The notes under the pieces: generated by a model | The model's database searches: none | Seen by the model: the letters and a program-made list of their open reading frames with translations, nothing else | Told to the model about the DNA's origin: nothing | Shown: piece after piece, positions 20,601 through 30,013 of the stretch | Layout: each line of letters starts with the position of its first letter | Numbering within the stretch: the first letter of the stretch is position 1 | Virus record (IMG/VR): IMGVR_UViG_3300025141_012985 | Coordinates: 20,178-84,177 of that record | Origin: a virus | DNA length: 64,000 nt | Reading direction: 5' to 3' (one strand) | Translations under genes and position numbers: made by a program

Positions 20601-21854
20601 ATGGCAGGAAAAAGTAATACCTCAGCAACATTTTTTGCACAGAAGAAGCTTCTTGGAAAAGCTCACACATCAAATCTTAAAGTCGATGGTGAGGAAGTCA
20701 TTGGATCAAATATCCAGGCTGCATCAACGCTTATATTTGGAGAGGATATACCGACAGGACCAAGTCAGACGCTTTGGCTTCTTCAAAGTGCTTCAAACGG
20801 CGGACCTCCAACTGTTGAGTATATTCAATTTATTCTCACAGCCCTGACAGGAACTACATACGACGCCGACTCTTCTGGCGGCGGTGCCGGGTCAGATTCA
20901 GGTGAATCTTCTCAGTCGTCTGGTCCTCACTGTTATAAGTTTGTAATGCCTTCCGACTATACATCCAACTCTAGCAATTCTAGGGAGGGAAATGGAACAT
21001 TTAATAATAGCAAGATTGTTCACGAAACTCTTGGTGCACTTCAGCTAATTCCCCCATTCTTTTCACAGGATTCACCCAATCCGTATATAGTGAAAATTTT
21101 TGAAGATGACAGCGGCGATGTCGGTGATGAGATTCCTCTTTTGGATAATATTGACTGGAACGTAGACTACTACAACGGAGTTTTATTCTTACAAGATTAC
21201 GACTCAGGTAAGATACCTGCGCATGCAAAAGCTTTTGCCTATGTCGGAAAAATGCTTAATGAAGTTGTTTCTAGTGGAAGCAGTGGAGGAGGAGACGGAG
21301 ATCCAAATGCCACATATCTTGTTAAAACAGCAACAGGCTCACTAAGTGCAGAGAGGGCTTTAGTTGCAGGAACTGGATTAAGCTCAGCAGATGCTGGTGC
21401 AAATGGTAATTTCACGCTGTCTGTAAATAACTCTATTATTGCAACTCTTACAGGTTCAGTATTTTCTGGTCCTGTAAAGTCTTCTCAGATAACCGGGTCC
21501 ATTACAAAGATATTTGACGGAACAAGCTACATTAGGTCTGCAGGTGCCGCCTCTGTTTCTTCTGGATCTGGGGGTGCAATTACAATATCATCCCCGAGCT
21601 ATGTATTTAGTGAGTACCTTGGCATGAGTAATGGATCAAATACAAAATTTACATTCAATTATCAACCTGACAATGTGAAAAATGTCTCTGTTTTCGTTAA
21701 CGGTATTTTCCAAGCACCAGCAACGTCGATTACTAGTGCAGGATATCAAGATTATTCTGTGACAGGATCAAATATGTACTTTACTACTGGGTCACTGCCT
21801 GAATCTGGTAGTGTAATTTTTGCAAATTATTCAACAAATAGCAGCATATCATAG
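20601..21854 (+). CDS. Virion structural protein (tail/fibre-associated)
   Basis: Ser/Gly-rich; WNVDYYNGVLF; C-terminal VFVNG...DY...P..GS domain. Confidence 0.55.
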   Translation: MAGKSNTSATFFAQKKLLGKAHTSNLKVDGEEVIGSNIQAASTLIFGEDIPTGPSQTLWLLQSASNGGPPTVEYIQFILTALTGTTYDADSSGGGAGSDSGESSQSSGPHCYKFVMPSDYTSNSSNSREGNGTFNNSKIVHETLGALQLIPPFFSQDSPNPYIVKIFEDDSGDVGDEIPLLDNIDWNVDYYNGVLFLQDYDSGKIPAHAKAFAYVGKMLNEVVSSGSSGGGDGDPNATYLVKTATGSLSAERALVAGTGLSSADAGANGNFTLSVNNSIIATLTGSVFSGPVKSSQITGSITKIFDGTSYIRSAGAASVSSGSGGAITISSPSYVFSEYLGMSNGSNTKFTFNYQPDNVKNVSVFVNGIFQAPATSITSAGYQDYSVTGSNMYFTTGSLPESGSVIFANYSTNSSIS

Positions 21855-21865
21855 ATCTGTGAACA

Positions 21866-21908
21866 AAGTTCAGGAAGTGTGAAAACATTTCTTTCATTTC
21901 CGAACTTA
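21866..21908 (+). other. Imperfect intergenic hairpin
   Basis: AAGTTCAGGAAGTG pairs with CATTTCCGAACTT. Confidence 0.4.
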
Positions 21909-21964
21909 TCATGCTAATTGATACTTATCCTTAGATGCCATGTGGCTTCAAATCTAAGTTAAAA

Positions 21965-22186
21965 ATGAAAGAATATTCGACTCCAGACCTATCCACTGCT
22001 GCCTTTTTATTGATGAGAGGAATCAGGCTTATACATGCCAGTAAGCTCCCGTCAGGAAAATTTATTTTTACATTCAGCGATCCGGATCAGAAGTGTCAAA
22101 GTCTCTCATTAGAGTTTCTTAATTCAGAGTTTTCTGACTATGATAATCATGTCAGGAATCTAAAGAGGATGATATATAGTAGTTGA
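21965..22186 (+). CDS. DUF5659-like small protein
   Basis: STPDLSTAAFLLMRG...FIFTFSD pattern; ATACTTA at 21921-21927; likely ATG at 21965 (track 21935). Confidence 0.55.
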   Translation: MKEYSTPDLSTAAFLLMRGIRLIHASKLPSGKFIFTFSDPDQKCQSLSLEFLNSEFSDYDNHVRNLKRMIYSS

Positions 22187-22206
22187 GACCCAGTGTGCGG
22201 TCTAAG

Positions 22207-22264
22207 GTTAAGTTAGTTTTCCGTTAATGTTATAGATTAGTTTCGTTAAAGACACGTTAGGTTA
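22207..22264 (+). repeat. GTTA-rich repeat tract in the leader of the fibre gene
   Basis: GTTA at 22207, 22212, 22223, 22229, 22245, 22256 and 22261. Confidence 0.7.
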
Positions 22265-22266
22265 TA

Positions 22267-22294
22267 TGTCAAATTTGCGTGTTGCAAATTGACA
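22267..22294 (+). promoter_or_regulatory. Leader hairpin TGTCAAATTTGC-GTGTT-GCAAATTGACA
   Basis: 11-bp stem with one bulge, about 30 nt before ATG 22327. Confidence 0.6.
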
Positions 22295-22326
22295 AGCCAA
22301 TAATCTATAAGAAAAGGAAAATTATA

Positions 22327-25300
22327 ATGGCGATGAAAACAAAGGTAAGGTTGTCCCAGGTCTCAGGATCTATCCCAACCGACTCCGAATCAGCAGCAGC
22401 TTCTACAAGTCTTGCACTTGATAATGCTCGTGAGATTCTAAATCACATGGCTTCTTCTATTAAGAGAATCCACGGTGCAGCAACTTGGTCAGCAGCTGCT
22501 TCAGGTTCATTCTCAACAAACATCTACCCAGCTTCAGATGACGGAGCTGCTCTAGGTTTCACTGATAAGAACTGGTCAGATCTCTATCTTGCTGATGGAG
22601 CTGTCATCAATCTTGGAGACGATCAGGATGTTACACTAACTCACGTTGTCGACACAGGCGTTCTTCTCAGTTCAACTGATCAGTTTCAGTTTGGTGATTC
22701 AGGCACATACATTCACCAGGCAGCTGATGGCGAGCTTGATATTGTCTCTGACGGCAACATTGATCTTGCTGTTGGTGCAGCCGGTGTTATTGTTCGAGGA
22801 ACAACTCCAAAAGTAACAATCGGTGATGCAGGTGCAGAAGACACCTTCCTGGTATTCGACGGAAACTCACAGGACTATCGTATCGGTCTCGATGACGGAA
22901 CTGATAAGCTTGAGATTGGTGTCGGAGCTACTCACGGTACAACAACTGCTATAACAGTCGACGCTTCTCAGCAAGTTGTCGTTGTTGCAGCTACCGAGGC
23001 AACTAGTGCAACAGATGGTGCACTTGTTTCAACAGGTGGTCTTTCTGTTGCTAAGAGTGTGGTTATCGGTGATGATCTTGATCTTCTATCTGATGGCGCA
23101 ATCATGAATATCGGCTCTACTTCAAAGTTCACTATTACTGCTGCTGATGCTAACAATGCTGTAGTTGCTTCTGCTAACCATAGACTTGCATTTGGTAATG
23201 CCGGTGAGTATATTTACGGTGACGGAACTGATATGAAGGTCATATCAAGCGGTGACGTTGATATAACAGCTACTCTGGTTGATGTAACTGGTGCCGGTAC
23301 ATTTAGCGGCATTCTTAAAACTGATGATACTACTGAAGCAACTTCAGCAACTGATGGTTCACTTCAAACTGACGGCGGCTTGAGTGTTGCAAAGAGTGCA
23401 GTTATTGGTGATGATTTGGATCTTCTATCTGATGGCGCAATCATGAACATTGGAAGCACATCTAAGTTCACTTTGACAGCTGCAGATGCCAACAACGCCG
23501 TAGTTGTTACAGCAAACCACCGTCTCGCACTTGGTGATGCTGGTGAGTATATTTACGGTGACGGAACCGATATGAAGATTATATCAAGCGGTGATGTTGA
23601 CGTAACAGCTACATTGTTTGATGTAACTGGTGGAGGTGCTTTCAGTGGAAACCTTACTGTTGCTGGAAATCTTGATGTTAATGGAACAACGACTACGCTT
23701 GACACAGAAAACATGACTGTTCAAGACTCAATCATTGCTCTCGGTGTTTCAGGGTCTGTTTCAGGGTCTTCCGGATCATTCTCTAACGTTGGTGATAGAG
23801 CTATCATCTTCGCAAGAGGGTCAGCAGTTCACTCGTTTATGCCGGCTCTCAATTACGCAAGTGATAGTGTTTTTGAAATGGCAACGTTCTCTGCTTCTGC
23901 TGCGTCAGGTACAATGGGAACCGCGAAGGCAGGTATAGACGTTAGGGCAGGAAGTGTTCAGCCAATTGCTTCTGACGGAGCAGCACTTGGTTCTACATCA
24001 CTCAAGTGGTCAGATCTATTCCTCGCTTCAGGTGCTGTTGTTAACTTTGATAGCGGCAATGCCACACTTACACATGCAGCAGGGCTCTTGACGTCAAACG
24101 TTGAGACTAGAGTTGCTAAGCTGTCTATTGATAGCGCAAACGACTATATCGATGTTGACACTGATCTTAAGATCATTGCCGCTGCAGATGTCGTTATTGA
24201 TCCTGGTGGTGGAGAGCTAAAGGTTGACGGTAACGTTATTCCTAACAGTGATTCCGCTGACTCACTCGGTGCTTCTGGTACTGCTTGGTTGAAGCTATGG
24301 GTTGATGACATTGATCTAAACGGTCAGGGCTCAATCAGCATGGGTGGATCAGGTCGTATTGATCTTGATGGAGATGATGATACTTCAATCCGCGCTTCAG
24401 CAGACGATGTTATTACGTTTGAAGCTGGTGGAAGCGATGTAATGTCCATGGATGCTTCATCACTCTATCCTGCGGGAGACGATGGTGCGGCACTCGGATC
24501 TGCAAACCAGAACTGGTCTGATCTCTATCTAGCAGATGCTGCTGTAGTTAACTTGGGTGATGATCAAGATGTTACACTGACGCATGTTCATGACCAGGGT
24601 CTTCTTCTTGGGGGAACTGCTACTACTAGAGCACTAATGTTCGGAGACAGTGGTACCTACATCCATCAGCCAGCTGATGGTGAGCTTGATATTATCTCTG
24701 ATGGTAATATTGATCTTAGTGTCGGTGCAGCTGGTGTTATTGTTCGAGGAACTGCACCTAAGGTAACCATCGGTGATGCTGGTGAGGAAGATACCATGCT
24801 GGTCTTTGACGGACACGCTCAAGACTTCCGTATCGGTCTAGATGACGGAACAGACGTCCTAGAGATGGGTGTTGGATCTGCTCATGGTACCACAACTTCT
24901 CTGAAGCTTGATGCATCTTTGAACGTTGATGTTGCTGGTCATAACGGAACTCTCGGGCTTAAGCTTGGTGGAACTACTGTTACTTCAACTGCTGCAGAGA
25001 TCAATCTTCTAGATGGGGGAACTTCAGTCGGTGCTGGAATCACACTTGTCGATGGCGATGGTATCTTTGTCAATGATGGTGGAGCATCCAAGCTTCAGCC
25101 AGTATCAGATCTTGCCTCATATATCATTGGAAAGAGACAGAAGTCAATTGTTTCTGGATCTGCTGTTAACGCTGATACAAACGTTGCAACCGGTCTTGAC
25201 GACTGGTCCGACGCAAATGTCAATGCCAAGGAGGTTTACGTCAACGGTCAGCTTATGACACCAGGAAATGACTCTGCCTCTAATGGTGACTGGTACCCTG

Positions 25301-25374
25301 GGAGCGCCGATAACGTTAAGTTTGAATTCGCTATTCAATCTGACGACATCATTCAGTTTGTTGTCTGGTACTAA
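22327..25374 (+). CDS. Long repetitive tail-fibre-like structural protein
   Basis: Gly/Asp/Ala/Thr-rich. Module A at about 22525-22947 and 24466-24897; module B tandem at 22993 and 23332. RBS AAGGA before ATG 22327 (track 22279). Confidence 0.7.
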   Translation: MAMKTKVRLSQVSGSIPTDSESAAASTSLALDNAREILNHMASSIKRIHGAATWSAAASGSFSTNIYPASDDGAALGFTDKNWSDLYLADGAVINLGDDQDVTLTHVVDTGVLLSSTDQFQFGDSGTYIHQAADGELDIVSDGNIDLAVGAAGVIVRGTTPKVTIGDAGAEDTFLVFDGNSQDYRIGLDDGTDKLEIGVGATHGTTTAITVDASQQVVVVAATEATSATDGALVSTGGLSVAKSVVIGDDLDLLSDGAIMNIGSTSKFTITAADANNAVVASANHRLAFGNAGEYIYGDGTDMKVISSGDVDITATLVDVTGAGTFSGILKTDDTTEATSATDGSLQTDGGLSVAKSAVIGDDLDLLSDGAIMNIGSTSKFTLTAADANNAVVVTANHRLALGDAGEYIYGDGTDMKIISSGDVDVTATLFDVTGGGAFSGNLTVAGNLDVNGTTTTLDTENMTVQDSIIALGVSGSVSGSSGSFSNVGDRAIIFARGSAVHSFMPALNYASDSVFEMATFSASAASGTMGTAKAGIDVRAGSVQPIASDGAALGSTSLKWSDLFLASGAVVNFDSGNATLTHAAGLLTSNVETRVAKLSIDSANDYIDVDTDLKIIAAADVVIDPGGGELKVDGNVIPNSDSADSLGASGTAWLKLWVDDIDLNGQGSISMGGSGRIDLDGDDDTSIRASADDVITFEAGGSDVMSMDASSLYPAGDDGAALGSANQNWSDLYLADAAVVNLGDDQDVTLTHVHDQGLLLGGTATTRALMFGDSGTYIHQPADGELDIISDGNIDLSVGAAGVIVRGTAPKVTIGDAGEEDTMLVFDGHAQDFRIGLDDGTDVLEMGVGSAHGTTTSLKLDASLNVDVAGHNGTLGLKLGGTTVTSTAAEINLLDGGTSVGAGITLVDGDGIFVNDGGASKLQPVSDLASYIIGKRQKSIVSGSAVNADTNVATGLDDWSDANVNAKEVYVNGQLMTPGNDSASNGDWYPGSADNVKFEFAIQSDDIIQFVVWY

Positions 25375-25400
25375 TTTAAGCTTTAGATAAAAATACTTTT

Positions 25401-25431
25401 TGGGGGACCTCATTTGGGGTCCCCCATTTTT
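25401..25431 (+). terminator. Intrinsic terminator
   Basis: TGGGGGACCTCA-TT-TGGGGTCCCCCA followed by TTTTT. Confidence 0.85.
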
Positions 25432-25498
25432 ATGCTTTCTAGGATATAAACGAATGACAAAGTAGTCAGTATTATATTACTTACATTCCAGAAAATTA

Positions 25499-25963
25499 TT
25501 GAGGTGTGATGTGGAGTTTGAAAACAGGTATCTTGAGAGATTGATTAATGATCTTAGTAGTGCTAGAGATGATAAAAAAGGCTCAGTGGCTGGAAGGGAT
25601 TCCATTTTTGGTCTAGAAATAGCTTTTGAAAAGATTAAGGAAAAATGTGTTGAAGAAGTCATAAGAGTTAAAGAGACAAATGAAGAGTTGGCAAAATATG
25701 TTGAAATATTTTCAAATTCAATACTAACAACGATGATAGATCTAAAGACTAGTGAAGGCGGGCTTGTTGAAAGGGTCGAAAATCAGGTTGAGATTCTTGA
25801 TGAGATGATTTCAGATGCAGCAGCCAAAAGAGAGGCCCTCCTTCTTGAGATAAAGAGTGAAATGGAAAAGGCTAAGGAGGAAAATATTTCTCCAACAGCT
25901 AGAATGGCCAGGGCTGCTCTTCCACAAAAGAGCTCAAAAAAAAAGAAAAGTCAAGAAAAATAA
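25499..25963 (+). CDS. Coiled-coil hypothetical protein, possibly extended to 26043 by a -1 frameshift
   Basis: A_AAA_AAG at 25939-25945; the -1 frame is open to TAG at 26041-26043. Confidence 0.55.
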   Translation: MRCDVEFENRYLERLINDLSSARDDKKGSVAGRDSIFGLEIAFEKIKEKCVEEVIRVKETNEELAKYVEIFSNSILTTMIDLKTSEGGLVERVENQVEILDEMISDAAAKREALLLEIKSEMEKAKEENISPTARMARAALPQKSSKKKKSQEK

Positions 25964-26079
25964 GAAAGATAGGTGAGAAACCTGAAAGACTGAAGACAAT
26001 AAGAAACTTTCAAAATAAAAATATTGAAATAGACGCTCAATAGAGAGCTATTTATCTTTAAAGGTGGTAAATTTAAAAA

Positions 26080-26511
26080 ATGCCCATTACACTAGTTAAA
26101 AGCGTCAATTTTGGATCTGGCCTGACAGGTCTCACAACTGTGGGATATAGGCTATTCAGTTCGACGGGTGCCTTAAGTGGGTCAAGAGTGACCAGCGGTG
26201 TAGGAGAAATCCTTGGAGGAACAGGTATTTACAGTGCCAGCGTTTATTTTTCTTCAGACTTCAAGGGGTCAATTTTATGGGACACAGGGGGATCTTCTCC
26301 TGCATATGCAACTGAGGATTACAATCCCCAACCTGAGCAGATAGACTTTATTAAGAATATTGAGGGAGGAAAGTGGAAATTAAACAAGACTACAAAAATC
26401 ATGACCTTCTATGCAGATGACAATCAAACAGTAGTTGCCAAATTTGGAATGTCAGGAAGCGACGGATCACCTTCTGTTGAGAATGTCTTTGAAAGAAATA
26501 GACTGGACTAG
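26080..26511 (+). CDS. Hypothetical virion protein
   Basis: Gly/Ser/Thr-rich beta-type sequence; TATTTA at 26049 and RBS AAGGTGG. Confidence 0.5.
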   Translation: MPITLVKSVNFGSGLTGLTTVGYRLFSSTGALSGSRVTSGVGEILGGTGIYSASVYFSSDFKGSILWDTGGSSPAYATEDYNPQPEQIDFIKNIEGGKWKLNKTTKIMTFYADDNQTVVAKFGMSGSDGSPSVENVFERNRLD

Positions 26512-26516
26512 ATTAA

Positions 26517-26873
26517 ATGTCTATTCTCACCCGTGGTTTCGGTGAAGGCGGAGGCTTAATAACTAGGGGTCATGGTGTAATCATCCAGGCTGTTGAAGTT
26601 CTTACTGCTTATACTTCACAAGTAGCAAGAAAATATTCTGATGATATTTTTAAATTAACTGATGAAGTAATTGACCTATACAAGATCACTGTATCACTAA
26701 TTTCAATCAATGGAGAATATTTACCCTTTCCAGAGTCAAAAATAGCTCAAGGATCAATAAATAGAAGTAAAGACATTGCCGTTTCAGTTAATAACTTTGC
26801 TGTTTCTAATGTCTATAAGCCTGCCTATAAGATAGTTATAGATGTGCTAGGCGTTAAGAAAGGGATTAAATAG
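26517..26873 (+). CDS. Hypothetical protein
   Basis: Tightly packed ORF; repeated (L/I)TRG at the N-terminus. Confidence 0.5.
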   Translation: MSILTRGFGEGGGLITRGHGVIIQAVEVLTAYTSQVARKYSDDIFKLTDEVIDLYKITVSLISINGEYLPFPESKIAQGSINRSKDIAVSVNNFAVSNVYKPAYKIVIDVLGVKKGIK

Positions 26874-26875
26874 AC

Positions 26876-27439
26876 ATGAGTACTATAGATCTTACATTAG
26901 ATAATAATAATGAGCTTACTTTCCAGGTAAATATTGAAGGAAGCTCTCCTGCAAAGCCCTCTTGCAGATTTTTAATAGAGGGTGAGGAAATGTCATTTGC
27001 CTTTCCCGGAGAGATGGCAAATGATGGAATAGTTCATGTTAACATTCCACCTCTAGAAAAGGTTTTAAATGAGGGATCCTATAATTCCGGATTAGAAGTT
27101 ATTGTTGACGATCGTGTATTTGTTCCGCTAACACTGACAGCAAATTTTGAAAAATCTGTTAAGGTTACTGCTGAAGCTGTCAATAGAAGGAGGAGACCCT
27201 CTACGTCTGCAACAGCACAGCTAATAGGGACATCTGTAAAAAATAGGGGATCACGAGGTCAAACACTAATAGGTGAATCACTAAGTACACCTTCAGTAAA
27301 AGTTGTCAATAAAGAATCTAAAAACAGACAAAGAATAAAAGATCAACCCAGAGATACTAATAAAGAAACTAATATGAATAATCTATCTGAAAATCAGATA
27401 AGGAATTTAATTAGAAACATGATAGACAGCAAGCAATAA
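26876..27439 (+). CDS. Hypothetical protein (beta-sandwich-like N-terminus, C-terminal IRNLIRNMI helix)
   Basis: ORF in operon; ends LSENQIRNLIRNMIDSKQ. Confidence 0.5.
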   Translation: MSTIDLTLDNNNELTFQVNIEGSSPAKPSCRFLIEGEEMSFAFPGEMANDGIVHVNIPPLEKVLNEGSYNSGLEVIVDDRVFVPLTLTANFEKSVKVTAEAVNRRRRPSTSATAQLIGTSVKNRGSRGQTLIGESLSTPSVKVVNKESKNRQRIKDQPRDTNKETNMNNLSENQIRNLIRNMIDSKQ

Positions 27440-27455
27440 AACAAAGGAGTGAAAC

Positions 27456-27695
27456 ATGATGGATTTTATTTTTATATCTTACACATTACTTGGTATTTTA
27501 TATTTTATACTTTTTATTAGAAATCTCTGTGACTGTAATAGCATTCTTGAGTCATCTAAATCTAGAGAAATGAAGAATTTAGCAAAAAGTGAAATAACCA
27601 GAACAAGAAACGATATTGTACTATGTCTCGTATGGCCGTATTTACTATATAGAGATATCTCTCTTGCAAGAAGGGCATTGCAATCTTTAAAATAA
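27456..27695 (+). CDS. Small membrane protein
   Basis: Hydrophobic N-terminus; RBS AAGGAG. Confidence 0.55.
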   Translation: MMDFIFISYTLLGILYFILFIRNLCDCNSILESSKSREMKNLAKSEITRTRNDIVLCLVWPYLLYRDISLARRALQSLK

Positions 27696-27699
27696 TAAG

Positions 27700-28416
27700 A
27701 TGCAAAAAATAAAAAAGCTGTTATTTAAAATGAGATATCTTGAAGAACATCTTGATGAATGTCAGTCTATTTTTGAAAATGCTAAAATAGAGTTTAATAA
27801 TGCAATTAGGCAATTGCACTACAATTTAAATGTATTTGATAGTGCACTTGATCCCAGCCCTAGCACCAAAGAGACAGATAGCTCTAAAAATGTAGATGTT
27901 GAAGCTGATATATGTCAAAAAGAAAAATCTAAACACCCAAAATGGGCAAAGAAAATCTTTAGGGACATAGTAAAGGAGACACATCCTGACCACTTTCCAA
28001 AAGGTCTAAGGGACTCTAGAAAGAAAAACTTGACAGAAATTTATGAGAAAACAATTAAGTCCTATAGTGAGAAATCATATGCAGAATTAATTGAATCTGC
28101 TTTTCGGCTAGGGATCGATGTAGATTGTGAAGCCAGGAATCAGACAGCTACAATAAAGAAAAAGATCGACTTTATTCAAAATGAAATCGCTACCATTAAA
28201 AAAAGCCTATATTGGCAGTGGGCACACTCTAATGATGACATGAAACAGTCAATTCTAAAAAAGCTTGTTGATGTTCGAGGATGGACATCAACAGATTCTG
28301 GAAGAAAGAAGTCTAGAAAAGGTTCAGGAAATCATCCTGGAAAGTCAATATCTTGGGCCAGAAAGAAATTTAAAAACGTGTCAGACATACCTAGTGATGA
28401 TGAATGTGAAGAGTAG
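27700..28416 (+). CDS. Coiled-coil protein with a J-domain-like HPD motif
   Basis: KKIFRDIVKETHPD. Confidence 0.55.
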   Translation: MQKIKKLLFKMRYLEEHLDECQSIFENAKIEFNNAIRQLHYNLNVFDSALDPSPSTKETDSSKNVDVEADICQKEKSKHPKWAKKIFRDIVKETHPDHFPKGLRDSRKKNLTEIYEKTIKSYSEKSYAELIESAFRLGIDVDCEARNQTATIKKKIDFIQNEIATIKKSLYWQWAHSNDDMKQSILKKLVDVRGWTSTDSGRKKSRKGSGNHPGKSISWARKKFKNVSDIPSDDECEE

Positions 28417-28418
28417 AA

Positions 28419-28658
28419 ATGAAAGACATTGAATCTATTATTATCATAATCGTGTTTATGATATCACTATCTTTTGTCTTAAACTTTATTGGAAGCACAC
28501 TTATTGACATTATGCACTCTATTTTTCACAAGCAAGGTCAAAGAAAGCATCGATTGAACAATATCAAAAATCCTCAGTATGATATTTCTGAGGATGATAA
28601 TGACCTGGATACCTCCGAAATCCCCGTACAATCTAATTCAAGAGCATCTTTGGAATGA
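28419..28658 (+). CDS. Small membrane protein
   Basis: N-terminal hydrophobic helix; overlaps the next gene. Confidence 0.4.
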   Translation: MKDIESIIIIIVFMISLSFVLNFIGSTLIDIMHSIFHKQGQRKHRLNNIKNPQYDISEDDNDLDTSEIPVQSNSRASLE

Positions 28659-29025
28659 TCCATGGAAAATATTTGTAGCTTGCATTTTTTGCAATCTTAC
28701 AAAAAGGGTTGAATCTGAGCCCTATATGTGGAAATTTTTTAAGCTATATCCGACACCAGAAAAAGCATCTAAGGCAAATCCTGATAAACTACAAAAGATG
28801 ATTCAGCCGCTAGGATTGTCTAAGAGACGTTCTAGGGCACTTATCAAAATGTCCAATGATTACCTAATGAAAGACTGGAGAGATAAGCCAGAATCTCTCT
28901 ACGGAATAGGGAAGTATGCCTCAGATGCGTATAGAATATTCTGCATGGGTGACTGGAGAAATGTTGATCCAAAAGACGGTGCTCTTGTCAGCTATCATGA
29001 TTTTTTAAAATCTACCGTTCCTTAG
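28600..29025 (+). CDS. MBD4-like HhH DNA glycosylase
   Basis: WIPPKSPYNLIQE.LWNDPWK...PLGL...GIGKYASDAYRIFC...YHDFL is collinear with the MBD4 glycosylase domain; catalytic Asp retained. Likely ATG at 28600 after GAGGA. Confidence 0.85.
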   Translation: MTWIPPKSPYNLIQEHLWNDPWKIFVACIFCNLTKRVESEPYMWKFFKLYPTPEKASKANPDKLQKMIQPLGLSKRRSRALIKMSNDYLMKDWRDKPESLYGIGKYASDAYRIFCMGDWRNVDPKDGALVSYHDFLKSTVP

Positions 29026-29680
29026 GTTCAAACTTTCTCAACCTTGAAACACCGTCGTCTATTGTAACATACGTCTGGTGTGTAACCCAGTCACCAGCAT
29101 TGATGTATGTTTTGATGTTTTGATCTTCATCAATCCATATGACTGCTTCTGGTATATGTGTATGTCCCATTATAAAGACGTCAATGTCTGGGTGATGCCT
29201 GAGAATGTGAATTATACTTCTTAGCTTGTGCTTTTTAATTTGAATTTCTGTCCACCATGTAGTAAAGTCAAAATTAAAAGTAAATTCAAGAATATTTTGA
29301 ATAACAGACAAGATCTTAATGAACATTCTATTCGCGAAGACTCCCCTATCGTACATGTCACCGTGCTCTATTCTAAATCTCCGCTTTCCTTCTTGAAATT
29401 CATACTTTTTGACAAACTTAATATTAAAAAACTTTTTACCGACGACACCGACAAGACTTTCGTCATGATTTCCTACAACATATATGATTTCTTTATTTCT
29501 GTTAATTGAGCTTAATATTTCCATACATTTTTCAGTAAACGTTGGTATCTTAATAAAGTCTATAATATCTCCAGCTAAGATGAGCTGATCAAAATTTTCA
29601 TTCTCTAGAAACTCTAAAAGCTCTTCTGATTTATAGAACCTGCTGCCGATGTGTGTATCAGAAATGATAACTCTTTTCAT
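29012..29680 (-). CDS. Calcineurin-like metallophosphoesterase (LpxH-like family)
   Basis: SDTH, GDIID, GNHD, HGD, GHTH, NAGDW. The only convincing minus-strand gene. Confidence 0.85.
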   Translation of the reverse strand: MKRVIISDTHIGSRFYKSEELLEFLENENFDQLILAGDIIDFIKIPTFTEKCMEILSSINRNKEIIYVVGNHDESLVGVVGKKFFNIKFVKKYEFQEGKRRFRIEHGDMYDRGVFANRMFIKILSVIQNILEFTFNFDFTTWWTEIQIKKHKLRSIIHILRHHPDIDVFIMGHTHIPEAVIWIDEDQNIKTYINAGDWVTHQTYVTIDDGVSRLRKFEPKER

Positions 29681-29780
29681 TGAACAAGCCTTTGATATAA
29701 ATTATACTATTAATTATGGCTGGTGGATACAGTCAATGATTTTTAGTTTATAATCAAATTGAACATTAAGGAGAATAAAA

Positions 29781-30005
29781 ATGAACTATAGCCTTTCAAA
29801 TGAAGTTATTGCACATCTTGCCAAAGTTTTGCAAATGGCAATCTTAAGCGGGACTGATGTTATCGACCATCTAAGAATGATTAATGTTACACCGTCTGAA
29901 GAGACTGATGGGGAGCTAGTTCTTACTAGTGAGTATCGTGAAATATCAGATAGTCAAGTTCAAAAAATGCTTGAAAATGTAAGTGCATTGTCAATTGAAG
30001 ACTGA
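29781..30005 (+). CDS. Hypothetical protein
   Basis: RBS AAGGAG; TATAAT at 29749. Confidence 0.6.
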   Translation: MNYSLSNEVIAHLAKVLQMAILSGTDVIDHLRMINVTPSEETDGELVLTSEYREISDSQVQKMLENVSALSIED

Positions 30006-30013
30006 AATTTAAG

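Noticed and set aside
22525-24897. Long direct repeats as a possible CRISPR array or DGR template/variable repeat pair
   Set aside because: They are in-frame protein modules with mostly synonymous differences, not adenine-specific ones; no spacers, cas genes or reverse transcriptase are present.
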